A DNA stretch of 64,000 nt from Marsupella aquatica (taxonomy: Eukaryota > Plantae > Marchantiophyta): positions 15,500,576 through 15,564,575 of the forward strand of contig OZ316896.1 in assembly GCA_973895155.1 (NCBI GenBank). The letters are read 5' to 3'. A model generated the notes under the pieces. That model had not been told where the DNA came from and ran no database searches. It saw only the letters and a list, made by a program, of their open reading frames with translations. The position numbers and the translations under genes were made by a program. This document shows, in pieces, positions 1 through 13,200 of the stretch (the first letter of the stretch is position 1; every line of letters starts with the position of its first letter).

Positions 1-1708
1 CAAAATGAGAGCGTCGATCCGTTGAGTTAGTCTGTTGGGTCACGCAACGACACCATACAGGCACGCTCCCTATTGGCTGCGAAGCTCCCAGCCAATGGGG
101 ATTTTCAGCCATGCGCCCCTCGTTTGCGCCCTCATCGTGTCACTGGTCCGGAGGCCTCTTCACAGGAGGCCGTCAAGGTGGACCATGGGCCTTTGAGTTA
201 GGTACTGTACCCTCTCTCTACAGGGTACTGTACCCCCAATGCGTAGACGGCTGAGAGTGTCTCGTCACGGTCGTTCTACAGTACAGTAGCTTGAAGGGAT
301 CAGAGTGCGGCGCCCCATGAAACCGGCCCTTTAAACATTCCACGAAAGCGAGAAGTCGGGGCCCATGTGGTTCGGAGACAAGTGTCAGCTGCTGAGATGT
401 TTGCTGAGAAGGATAATCTTGTACACGTGTTTCCACTTAAGTGGGGAGAAACTGCTTTTAGCCTTTTACGTCCGAAGGCTTACGATGGCGTAAAGAAGGC
501 ACCTCACTGTAGTTTTGTTTTGTTTTTTATTTTGGAAAAGATAAGGTTTTTGTTTGTTTCTCGCCACTGTCCAGTTTCAAAACGTGGTGTATCCAGGTCA
601 TAATTCGTCCACAATACTACAGCTAACAAAGTGAAAAGTGGAGGAAGAATGGCTACAGTAGTTTGTCCACCCACAAGCTACTCATGGAGAGTGGGGTTTA
701 AGGAGCTCCGATAGACCAGAGTAATTGACAAGATGCTTGGATGAACCACGCTAACCTATCACTTTAAAATAGTATCTTTCTCTTGGTATACATGCTCACT
801 TTCTGGTTAGCTTAAGTGCTCACCTTTTTTGGACCGAAAAATGCTTGGTCCGTCAGAATCGTCAGTCAAACATTAATTAAGGTTCACCCAAGTATAGGTC
901 TTTAATGAAATCACGTCTAAGAAATTTTTTAATTGGTTTTTTTTATTGAAACACTTTTTTCCATTGGCTTTTTGTTGGTGCCTGTTGGCAAGGGGGTGTG
1001 CCCAACTGTGGCAAGAAGGCCAAACCTAATGTCAAGAATTCGTTGATTGTATAGAGGGCTAAAGTAACCAGACATTTGGTTTGGTCCATATAATAGACAG
1101 CCTTGTTGGCAAGGGGGTACAACGTATGAGCAATGGATGCCAGAATGGGTGTTGCTTCTTTGTGGGAAATGCACTTAGCCTCCAATGCTCAAGGAGTCGT
1201 CTGCAAGTTGGAATTTACCTTTGCAAAGAATGGCATTGGCAGAGTGAGAGTGAGAGGAGAATTCCTTGGGTGAAAGCATACAATAATTAACTTTGGCATC
1301 AACAGCACACTGTGGCTTTTGCACAAATGTCCGTCTCCAAGTACCTTGCCTCCTAGGTATATAACACACTGCTAAAGAACAAAATGTGCCAAATCGGGAC
1401 AGGGTGATACTGCAAAAAATATATACTGGGACTCTCAGCTGAGTATCCCATTGGGCACCTCTGGCCAGTACCTGGCCCGTCCTGAACATTGGCCATGTCT
1501 ACAGAATCTGTTGGTCCCTCCTCCTAGTGTAGTTAAATCTCTTATTTGACTGCCTGTCCACCACCTTTGATTTGCTGACTTTGCTCCTGTGCTCCTTCCT
1601 GATGCCAGCCTCCCCCCTCCCCCCCTCCCCCCCTCCCTCTCTAGTGTCTTGAAGTCCACCCCTAGGGGCATTGCCTCTTGTCTTCAGTATGCTGCTTTTT
1701 TATATGAA

Positions 1709-2777
1709 CTAGCTCAATGCCCATGCATTTGCACAGAAGATCTCATTGCATAAATGATGTTGTGATGGAAAACTAAGAACTCGTTGAATAAGATGTTGCA
1801 TAAAAGATGTCCACATGAGAAAGATATTGTTGCACAAATGATGTCAATGTGGAAAAGATGTTGCATAACAGATGTCTTAGTTTGTCTAATAAATGTCATT
1901 GTGCCAAGATGTCATGGAAGAAGTCATTGGGGGAAAGATGAAAAGATTTGTGCAAGACAGGCGACGGTGACTGTGGGATGCAAATGGGGTCCTGCAAGAT
2001 TTTTTCCTCCTCTCCCTCTCCCTCCCCCTCCTCTCCTCCCCCTCCCCACATGAAGGAGGTGGTGGGCAAGGGCAATGCGCACGGGAAGGCACATGGGCAC
2101 GGGGTGCAGGCAAAGAGGTGGATGGACTGTGGGCACCCCTGTAATATTCTCTTTCCCCACAGTCCTTCAGTCTGCCCATCCCACTCCCAACCCTCCCCCT
2201 CCCCCTTTCTCAAGGAAGAAACAACAACCTAAATGGGGTGCAAGGTACTGTAAATGTGGATGACCAAAAACAATTGTGGGTAAAAAGGCGACTGGTGCAA
2301 ATGGGTAGCAAGGAAAACTAATCCAAGGGGAAGGCAAAAAATCTACAAACACAAAATATTTTGGGTGATAGAAAAAATTAAAATGGGAGACAAAGATAAG
2401 TAAATTTATAAATGAGGACCAAAAAGAAACATCATGCAAGGTTAAATCAACTTGTGACAACAATTTGCATGTACTCACAAATGGAAAAAAAATGTCCACC
2501 TCAGCTTAAGAAAACATGAAGGGTGTGAGGGGGTGGGCAAGAGTCAACTTGGCCCCATGAATCTGACTGGAAACCCAAAAGAAAAGCAAGAACCACCACC
2601 TCCCCTATCCCTCCAACACTTAAAAAAACAGGAAAAATAGAGAGTAAACAAAATAAATACATATCTTCTCCACAGCATAAACCCCCACCCATGCTTTATA
2701 CGTGTTCGTGTAGACAGTAAGCTAAAGCATGTAGATATACTGTAGATGTACCACATGTATAATCATATTTGTATAGA
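1709..2777 (-). mobile_element. Non-autonomous Helitron, apparently complete (~1.07 kb)
   Basis: Minus strand starts A|TCTATAC at 2777 and ends ...GTGCAAATGCATGGGCATTGAGCTAG|T at 1709. This gives the 5' TC, 3' hairpin + CTAG and A/T insertion site typical of Helitrons. The 3' end matches that of the autonomous element at 24930. No coding capacity. Confidence 0.7.
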
Positions 2778-3342
2778 TTTATTTATTATTGTATTATATA
2801 ATTTACACACGTTCCACATCCCCTAGTAGACTGTTGTAGATAACACTCCTCCCAAAATAATAGGTACTCCTTGGGCATCCCAACACACACAATCCAACAG
2901 CCACAAAGAATAATGAAGAGTGTGAGTCTAGTCTATCCTTGACGGCTGTACTTTATTCTCTCCATTCAAGTTTGTAAGGAAAGGGACAACTTTTTGGGCG
3001 GGATTATTTATTATAATAGTTGATATTTAAAACTTTTTCAAGGCAAAAAACAGAACTTAGCACTTTTCAGGTTTCTCCTATGTGAGCGTGTTATGGCAAA
3101 CCTAAAGATGTTTCACAATTCTTTCTTCTATAATACCCAATCCTGCCCATTTGGTGTAAGTAGTCCCTTGACAGAATCAATCCCGCCCTTTTGGTGTAAG
3201 TCGTCCGTTTACAGAATCAATTTTGGCAGGATTCATCCATGGCCCTCGGATCATGTCACCTTACTTTCTTGACCTTTGATCATAAAATAATGAGGTGTAT
3301 AGTACCTTGCTTCACCTCACCTGTAGCTCACTGTGCCCTTCA

Positions 3343-3481
3343 TCACTTAAGTACCGTCAAGGTAGTACAATCAGGTAATCCTGGCATCGACATTGCAATT
3401 TGGACAGTCCTCACTTAAGTACCGTCAAGGTAGTACAATCAGGTAGTCCTGGCGGCATGGACATTGCAATTTGGTCAGTAC
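3343..3481. repeat. Tandem duplication, ~68-bp unit x2
   Basis: TCACTTAAGTACCGTCAAGGTAGTACAATCAGGT... starts at both 3343 and 3411. A ~41-bp duplication also lies at ~3140-3221. Confidence 0.85.
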
Positions 3482-4409
3482 CAGTAGTATAGTACCTCCC
3501 GCCCTCTATTCACTTAAAGTGCAATCAAGGCATCACTTAAATGCAATCAAGGCAGTGGAGTAAGGCACTGGGACTGTGGGACAGTACACTTTGGATAATA
3601 CTAGTACCAACAGTACAATTTGGATAGTACGAGTACCAATAAATAATACCTTTTTTGGGGAGGGATCAATAGAAAATGGTCGAGGCCAGTAGTACTCCAT
3701 TAAGGACGAAAAGCAATATTGAGGCTAATCAATATTACTTAGGTGCATACGCCCCTGTTACCGATTATCTTATTATTAGGATAGATACCATATGCCAACA
3801 ACAACTCCCCTACCCATAATTAATGAACAACAATAATGATAAAAATTAATAAATACATTAAAAATTATTGTAGAAAATCATTAATGCCCCTAATGTCTTA
3901 CCCAGAATTTATTCCCTACGTTTGCATAAGTATACTGAATACTATATTGAATACTATAAGTATCTCGATAAAACTTTTGGGAAAATTTTCATGTAGAATT
4001 GTGAAGTATTTTCATGATCACCTTTTCATCTTTTAACTTTTCCTTTGTAAAAAAGAGAACAATAAAAGGAGAATAAACGATAAAAAGAGAACCAACAAAG
4101 TGTAAACTTAGTAAAGAAAGAAAAATTCATTAGCTTTTCAAATCAAACATTATGATATCCTGTCCCACTCCTAATTTTACAAAATGAAAACAAGAGGCAG
4201 CAAATCCTGGCTCTTCATAAAAATAATAGTTTTTGGTATACTCTGATCCACCCAATACATCCCTTTCCTCTCAACTATTTGCCCAAGATGTTCTGAGCTT
4301 GCCGCACCTACTCGGGATGAAATAATAATTATAGAAATTGAATAGTTTTGATTTAAAATATTTGAAGAAAAAAAAAGTAAAACTAAAGAATTTTGTCTAC
4401 TAAAGTATA

Positions 4410-4847
4410 TCTAAACGACATCTTTTATCTACTTGACATCTTTCTCTCCTCTAGAGTTTTTATCATTTTGACATCTTTCCTTCACCTCTACATCTTATCT
4501 TTTTTTCATCTTGCCATTTGTTTGTCACCTTCACATCTTTATCACACCTTGACATCTTTTTGTCACCCTTGACATATTTTCTCTGCTGGACTTTCTCTCA
4601 CCTCCACATCTTATCTTTTCTCATCTCTCTATCTCTTTCTCACCTTGGCATCTTTATCACACCACAACATCTTTTCCTCATCTTTACATCTTTTTGTCAT
4701 CTCAATTTTTTTTCTCCTTGACATTTTTTTCTCACCTCAACATCTTTTTCCCTTGACATACTTTATTCTCATTGACATTTTTTTTCTCATTTAGACATCT
4801 TTCCTCACCTTTAACATCTTTTGTGCAATGCACAGGCATTGGGCTAG
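4410..4847 (+). mobile_element. Non-autonomous Helitron 3' portion with subterminal minisatellite
   Basis: Degenerate (GACATCTTTTCTCTC)-type repeats from ~4418 to 4820 end in TGTGCAATGCACAGGCATTGGGCTAG|T (CTAG at 4844-4847). The 5' boundary is uncertain; one candidate is A|TC at 4410. Confidence 0.7.
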
Positions 4848-5587
4848 TTTAGCTATATGGTGGGATATTCAGATGGGTTTTTTCACAATCCAATACCTCC
4901 TAAGTGGCCTTATTAAATGCCAAAACCAACATTGGCAATGACAAGATTTTTGTGAGGGAACTGGTTTCTTGTTCACCTTGAATTGAAAATGGCAGGCACT
5001 AGAGTTTCTGTCCATCATTCCATCCAGATACCCATAAACCTGCCCATAGATAGTGGATACAGTTTCTCGTGGCAGGGCTTTCTCTAAAATTCTGCACCCC
5101 CATAACATTGAGACAGTCTGGCATGTCATTCCAAACCCCTTGAATTGAAGGCAATGCTCAACTTTCCTCATACCATTTGGAGATTCGAGATGCTTTAATT
5201 CCACTTATACTAAGGCGTCTCAAAGCATGGCTGTAATGACTTACAAGTTGACCATAAGGCCATAATAGTTGCAGGAGGCCAAAAAAGCTTCCGTAAGAAA
5301 GTGCCACAGCCGCTGACCAAAACCCATGACTTCAAACTCTGAGACTTCAAATTTGCATCATCACAACATAGAGTCATCACAACATTGCATCATCCAGGGA
5401 CAGAATTGATATGCATGTCACTATGTATCATTAGAATTCTATCATGACCACTTGTCGAGGTAACATGCTTGGGCTTGTCCAACAGGGACCAGCCAAAAGC
5501 ACTTACTCTGAGTGGGACTAAAACGTGGCCACGAGTGAAAGTTAGGGCCACGAGTAGAGGTAATTACCAGCATTACCTCTACTTGTG

Positions 5588-5694
5588 GCTGGGGCCATTG
5601 TTTCTTTTGATTACCTAGGAAGGGCACCGTTTTAGCCACAATTTAGGATCTAAATTGAACCTTAGAGGTAATCCAAAGAAACAATGGCCCCGGC
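5588..5694. repeat. Foldback / tiny MITE-like element with 26-bp inverted arms
   Basis: GGGGCCATTGTTTCTTTTGATTACCT (5591) and AGGTAATCCAAAGAAACAATGGCCCC (ending 5691) are reverse complements with 1 mismatch. A nested hairpin CAATTTAG-GAT-CTAAATTG lies inside. Confidence 0.7.
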
Positions 5695-5967
5695 ATCTTG
5701 TAAAGCCATCCTAAGTATACACTATATTGTAAATTGATGGAGTTATGGATCAAGGAGAGATCACTGCATTTAGTTCGAGCGAAGAGTGGAGGGAAAGTAC
5801 CCTACCCTCAGCAGATAGAGCGACAGAACCCCCACCTTCATTTGACCCTACCTGGGTACTGTCTTCCCTCAAAAGGACCCCCAGGCGTGGTAGTCAAATA
5901 CAATAACCAGGAGGCACTCTCTTCGAAGTATGGTGTATTATATTTTGGCAACAATTTTTTGATAGGG

Positions 5968-6480
5968 ACCCCAGACGTTCTACTCGGGAATGGGTGTTCT
6001 ATTCAAAAGTGGGGAATCTATCCAAAAGTGCTTTGGATTCAGTAGTTTATGTTGTCCTTTTTAATAGAATATCCCATTAGGGCATTTAGCTGACAATTTG
6101 ATGGCCCTTAACTCTCTAGTTATTGGTTATGGACACAAAATATAATGGACTACAGAATTCATTCTCCATAACTTTTTGCCTTAAGGATTGGTCTTCTGCC
6201 ATAACCATTAGCCCCTGTAGAAGGTGGTGAAAAACAAACTTGTATACAAACTTGTTAACAAGTTATGACATTGTTTATGACAAAATGCCATCATCATTAA
6301 TTTCCAAAAATGCCCTATTGTGCCTTAGGGTTTTTTAATAGAACGCCCAGGTGTGCCTATGTGAACAGTCTCACGTATGCAGTGTCCGGGTACTCTAGCA
6401 ATAGGTGCACAATCCAAATTCAACCAGTTTTTCCCTAGGAAGACCGATTTTTTTTTCATTCTCAACTAGAATGCCCAGGC
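5968..6480. mobile_element. Possible degenerate MITE
   Basis: Imperfect inverted motifs: TGGGTGTTCTATTCAAAA (~5991) vs TTTTAATAGAACGCCCA (~6335), and CCAGACGTTCTACTCGGGAATG (~5971) vs CATTCTCAACTAGAATGCCCAGG (~6457). No TSD identified. Confidence 0.3.
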
Positions 6481-7266
6481 CATCACTGCATTCGGTTGGT
6501 AACCCAGGCAGGGAAAGCACCGTAGGTATATTTTGAAATTAAACTCCCAACGAAATGGTCAGTGATATAAGCAGAAGTGGAGTCCATGGTAGGTATTTTT
6601 GGACAATATATTAAACGATCCAACACAATCAGCAGTAAAATAAACAGAGGTGAACGACGATTCTTCAGCCTTCGTGTGACCAAAAAGCTGTTTTGGTCAT
6701 AGACCTGGTTCGTAAATTCTGCATCTGTATTGAACAAAACTCCATGAATGTAGACATACGTTTACAACACATTTTTAGTGTGGACCCAGCATGGCCAAAT
6801 GTTCCTTTGCCTGCGCTTCACTACCCTCTTCTCCAGAGTACCCACAATCGGGAGTGAAGTAAGATCAGTTGAGGTTGAGATTTTGCAAATAAATTTAGCT
6901 TGCGTCTGAGAGCAGGCATTTCAAGACTTTCGGTCGTGACCACGTTGGAGCAAAGATTCTCAATGCCTCTAGAGGGCCCTTCAGAGATCATCAAGAAGCC
7001 TTGCCTGCTCATCCTAGATCATTTTTATCCAAGGAAATCAAAACTATCGATGGACAGGCTACTTGACTACGGTGAGCGGAAATAATCCTTACCAAAGAAT
7101 GGCGAGGCTGGTGTGTATAGGACGATCCTGGCCTCTAAGACGGACACTGACCATGCCTTACAGAACAGTTTCCGAGAAAACTGTTCGGGAATCTTCTGTT
7201 GAGCGTGTCCCAAAAATAACTCTAGATACACTTTGAAACAAGCCGCGCAGCCTAAGCGAGGGCGAC

Positions 7267-10200
7267 TCAAGAATTTTGAAAAGGCTCCCTTTTCCGAAGC
7301 CCATCAGCTGTCAAAGAAGATTTTTTCTCAATATTTACACCACTGATGATTCTCTCTTCAGTGGGAGAGCTATCCAGCGAGACATCTGCCTGAACTCTTG
7401 AAGCCGCAACTTCTGCAGCAGCCGCTTCTGCAGCTGCCTGTATCGTCCCACAAGCAGAGAAAAACAGCAAGTCCATTATTTTGTATTCAAGTCATACGCC
7501 CTTGAAGACTGAAAGCGTGTCAATTATGTGGATGCACAGCAAGTTTACAGATTTGAGTAGAGGAAGAAATCATTACAATCATGGTTCAAAGATTTATACC
7601 TGTCTCTCGAGAAACAATTTGTGCTTTTGTTTTGCACTGCAGTAGCAAGCAGTTCCGTAGAAGAGAGCAATGAACAGAACAAGAGGGAAAAACTTGGGAT
7701 CCGCCACGAAGTCCTGGGCAAGATGAGATATCCCCTTCCCTTTTTCCAACAAAACAACCTTCTTGTCTGCGATGAACTCTTGTGTCTTCGCCGAAAAAGG
7801 GATTATTTCCTCTTCGACTAGTTGTGGGGATTTTCCTCTCTGCATACATGAGAAATGAGATCAACAACTGCTTTGAAAGGCAGTTCACAACATGGACACG
7901 TGCATCCAGATATTTGAGTTTCCAGAAACAACCAAAGGTGAGTCGCGTACAAAGCTAGGAAGGTCCTCCTCGTCACCCTCAATCACCATTGTTGAGATCC
8001 ACTCCATAATCTGTGCAGAAATAAGTAGAACGGTGTCATATTGTACTCATGAACATATAGAAAATGTGATCATGCTCAAGAGTGGACTCTAAAGGTTGAA
8101 GCAATGGAGGCATCGTTAAGTGTTCATCTCCTGAGACCCAACAGTAACGGTGCAGATATATCATTTATATAGGAAGATACAAAACAACGTAATGAAGTAT
8201 TGCAATCCAGGGCAGACCCACAGGATGATTACCTCTGAAACGTCAGCAGAGCCGTTGTATTTGGTCACCAACTGAGCAGCGTACTTAGCCTCTTCTTCAG
8301 CCTGCACTTCCCATTTCGTTTTGGGAAACCATCTTTTCTTCCCTGTTTCAGGTTCTTTCTCCTCCTCGTTTTTGAGGTAACGAATCAAAAATATCTTGGG
8401 AATGTCATCGAATTCATATTTCTTCGGTCCACAAGCTTCGAACATGGTGGGCGAGTTCAAATAGAAGAAGCAATAGGCCTGCGAGCCGATATTATAGATG
8501 TCTCCACGTGAACAATTATTTTGTACAATACGCAGAATCTCTGCCACAAAGGGCAGGCACTTACCACAAGGCATATATCTGATGGGTGACAAAACTACAT
8601 AAATTTGAATACATCTGGTGGTGAACTTCTACCATTCAAAGGCACTGATTTAAACTTCCTTATCCCAAGTTAAACTGGTAATGGCAATCCATACTTGTTT
8701 CACTTCCCCAAGAGACCACCACACCTCGTTTATCTTCCAATTGCCCGACATTTTTCTACCCAACAAACAATGTCACTACGAATCGGAAAGTCAACGTTTC
8801 ACCGTCATGACCTTTACACTTTTCTGAGGGGATTACAATCGTTGGGAAACATGGCTGGCATCGACCTCAGCATGAACTTTAAGTTCATTCCCGAAAAACA
8901 TTCAGGTTGCCATGACGTCAGTGTCTATTTGACCATTTGAGCTCTCCCTAAGTCAAGACTCAGAAAAAGTTTCTTGTACAATTTGATCCATAAAAGGACT
9001 GCACAAGAAAGGCTATCTCAGAGCAGTTCATACCCTAATAAGGTAGGCTACAACACGCAATTGATTGTACATACTTTCTGGAGCTCACCATCGAGCCAGG
9101 CGAGACTCAGGCGCTTGTCTTTGAAAGCCTTGACGCCAGGTCCAGTAGATATTTCTTGCTCAGCGCTGATTGTCAGTTGCTCTTGTACACCTCTAACAAC
9201 CTGCCAGGGACATGATTGGTAAGTTTTCCAGATAGACAAAAACTATCTCTCACATGAATCGTGGTTGGAAATCGAAGGCTTCAAGTCCAAGTAATGTAGA
9301 GAAGCTTACCCCTCTGAGTTGCTTGAGTTCCAAGCCTGGCCGTCCAACTACAATGATACAATACCAGATCGTGGTTTCATCTCCTGCCCGTGAATGACTT
9401 GACACGTCACACCCCAGGTCCGCTGAGGTAATGCTTCTCAATTGTGGCAGCTCTGAACAATCCCAAACTAATGTCAAACACGGACAATATCGCAGCAGGT
9501 TAGGCCGAAAACCTGTTTCTCAAGCACAAAAGGTATCCAAACAAATTATTTAGTAAGAGTCGGGTTGTGCTAGTCCTTGCATCAGCTTACCAAACGTTTT
9601 ATGCTTGTCCATAAGGTCTCGGAAGGCTGAAGAGGTCAATTTGCCTACAAACGGCACAGGTAGAGCAATAAGATCAGTAGACAAACTACAATATGTAAAA
9701 GTGTTCAAGAACTATGATTCTACCTACCAACCAGCTCAGTGTCAGTTCTTCATTTTGCAATGTAGTCGCATTCTTCCTAAAATGAGCTGTTTCAGAGGAG
9801 CAGACAACAAGTGTTGAATCATCTCATACACCCCATAAGTACATACACCATTCAAAAACCTCTGGCACTACCATGGTGGATGACCGGCGGAAGTCCTGGA
9901 TCTTTCAGAAAAACTGTAGCCGGTCCAGCCTCCACTCCAACCCTGGACAGTGGATAGAAAAGCGAGTTTCAGTTTGAAGACCTAACAATCAATATGCAGT
10001 GGAAGACCCTCTTGTTCGCCCGGTTACAAACTTAGTTTGTCGCTTGGCTTCTGTAAATGATATGTGAACATCAAAGTAATGTTAATTGAAACTATAAAGG
10101 TTGAGTTCGTGTAGATCAATACCTACTCTCCCAGAAGGTTGCCTCACTGTCCCGCCAGAGAACCATTGCAAAGACTGCATACTGCCAGTAATCCCTTGCT

Positions 10201-13200
10201 GCCTTACGTAGGTGAAGGGAAGCCCGCTCCCCCGTACTTGAGAATTGAATCACTTTCACCTGATCCAGGGGCATATCTAGAGGTGTCATTCTTCTCTTCC
10301 AATGTAGAGCAAAACAATATGTGGGTATAAGATCCAGCAAACATAACATGATACAGCAAGGTCCCGAAGACAGGTACTGATACTATCTGACATTCTTGCT
10401 TATATACACAAAAAGGGCAGATCATAAGATGTAGACTGACCTTGTGAGGGCCCGGCTTTTGAATGATTTCAGACATCTGCAATTACACCAAACCTATTAG
10501 TGATCAAAACTTCGTTACAAATCCCAATGTGTCGCACAATTCCAATGCCTCAACATTAATGTGGTTTCTGTTCACAGGAACAATACCACGGAAAGACAAC
10601 GGGCACTGAGGAGGTCCACCCTAATTGGAATCAAAATACTCACACATGATGCATTGGACAGTGGGATAGTTTTAACTTCCTACGTTCTATTCAAAAAACC
10701 TATTATGCCCCTACTGACCTGAGAGATAGTCGCTCTCGTGACAGCAACGAGTATCCACAGCTCTTGACATATCGTTCTTTATCGAATTGCAACAAAGCAC
10801 AGTTGTGTACAATGAAGGACTTGATTCACTGGAGAGAGAAGAAAACAGGCAATCATCCACTAGCCAAAATCTTACCAGAGTCTGTGCAGTATAGTACAAA
10901 ATGCGAGGAAGACGCAAAAGCCTCGATCCAACCCAATCTACAATAGCTTCAGAAGTCTTCTCTCCATAATACCTGATATGATGCGTTGGCTTGACACCAT
11001 CAGCTTGACTTAATAGGCTCTCAAACAAACACGCAACTCTTGAAGCAGCTCTGGTTCTTGGGACTCAGTACAGTCATCTTACTATCTATTGCGAACTCTT
11101 TGAGACACCATATTTCCGAGTTTGTAGCAAATGAGAACTAGAATACTACAGAGAAAATACAATTCTACCACTGCACAAAACCAACTAATACTATTGCTCG
11201 GGATCCACTGTGACTCATTTAAAACGTTTGCAAGGTTTTGTTATTACAAACAGTGAATAGGTGAGGCTAGAAATCAGTACAATCCCTGACAGCAGACTCC
11301 ATACCTGTCAATGCAATTCAATTTATTGCAGCCTGGCTGCATAGCAACAATAGCTGGAAAACCTGTTGCGCATAAACCAAAATTCCATTTCAGATTCAAT
11401 GAATAGATTTTAGCATTCTTAGATGAGAGATTACTGCTTTGCCAGATAAACTTCGTATCCAGAGCTATTTCACCACAACAATTAATTTAGACTTCATGAA
11501 GTGACTTGTCATTGACGAAGCTCTGCCAGCGGCAACCTCACTGGTCCAGTCGCCCATTCGACTTCTTGATATCAAACATTTGTAAACCCATTACACGATG
11601 TGCATTTTTCTCTTGCTTACCGTTCCGATAGAAGGCGTTTCCATGGAGCCAGTTTCTCTCAGAAAGAATGAGAGCCAGGGGCATCTCGCGAAGCTCCACC
11701 CTTCCAACCCTAACCACGCCCTCGACCAGGTCGACTGTTTCAATGCAAATCCGCGATAAAATATTTATCATGTTACCACTTTCTTGAATGACAACTAAGA
11801 CCCTGATGTCTTGCCAGAGTACACTTCAAAAGTAGACGGGATATCAATTATTATAAGTCGCACAAAATATCAGGTAGCATCCAAGCACTGTCATTAGAGA
11901 GAATGTACATAAGCTGGATTATCCGTGTGAATCAGTCAAGGTGGCAAGTTACATCAGTAGGCTGCATGTAATTTGATTGTTATCAACCTAAATTAGCACT
12001 CTCGAATAGGCACGGGCAGAGAGGGAAGTCTGCATGACTGAACATGTGAAGATTTCTAAGATTGAGAAATCTTCATTACTTAGAACAGCACAAGCTTATA
12101 GTATTTTTACCAATTCTATTCCAAACAGGAGCGAATGCATGAGACTCTGGATCTGCAACTGAATATATCTGCACATCATGACAACAACAATGCCGTACCT
12201 GTCATAAAGAAATGCCCAGAACCTCCAAACCAAAAATGACGTTTAGGGTTACAGACTCAAAAAGAACGATTGTAAGTGCAGGATGTCCACCGATTCTCCA
12301 AGGGTGACCTCATGACAAAGCAAGCTCATTTGGGTAGACTAATGCATTATTCAAAACGTCGTTCCAAGCTATTTGAGCTCACTTGTATAAGCCAGAAATC
12401 TGAACTGTCGAGCACCAGGTCACCAAAATTGTGATAAGTAACATTCTCGGCTGTTGATTCAATTGTGTCATCTGCGTCAGTAAATGAGGAACAAGGTTCA
12501 GAAGAACGCTTTTCCATGTTGACACTAACAAAAATCTTTTGGGTCATTCTGCCTGATACACATCTTGCTTGACAAGACACGTCCTTGATCTAGAAAGAAG
12601 AGTTAAATGTGCCCAGCCTCGCAGACATGGAATGTAACAGGTTTTTCAGAGCAACGCACCCAATACTGTAGGGGTCCACAGTGGAAATTCAACAAACACA
12701 AGTTGGGTTCTTCCTTCGTATTGCCTTTTGATATTGTCAGCTTCAACCTGGATCAATGAGCAAATTTCATCTCCTGCAAGTTATTCTACTACCGGCTAAA
12801 ACGCTACGAAAATCTATTAAAAAATAAGAAATGCCTCACAGCACCAGAAAACCCTAAAATGTCCAGATAGAGGCCCTTTTGAAAGTGTGCATGAGAGAAC
12901 ATCGTTTTAAAAATAAGGAGAGCAATGGACCTGCAACGGATCGTAACGAAAGTAGTCATAATCTCTTCTTCTCAGATAATTTGATAGAACATGGTAGGCA
13001 TGTTCAATCTGCGTCCAGACATCCACGTCAGGTATTAGAGACAACTCGATCGTACCTGAATAAAGAACATCGGGTGTCCCTTACATAAATCAGAAAAGAA
13101 CCGTTCCAAACCTGCTTGATATGTTCCAGTGTGTAGTTGAAATCTCTATATATTTTTCATCTTGCTTGTGCAACATCACATAAAATCGAAAGTTTACAAC

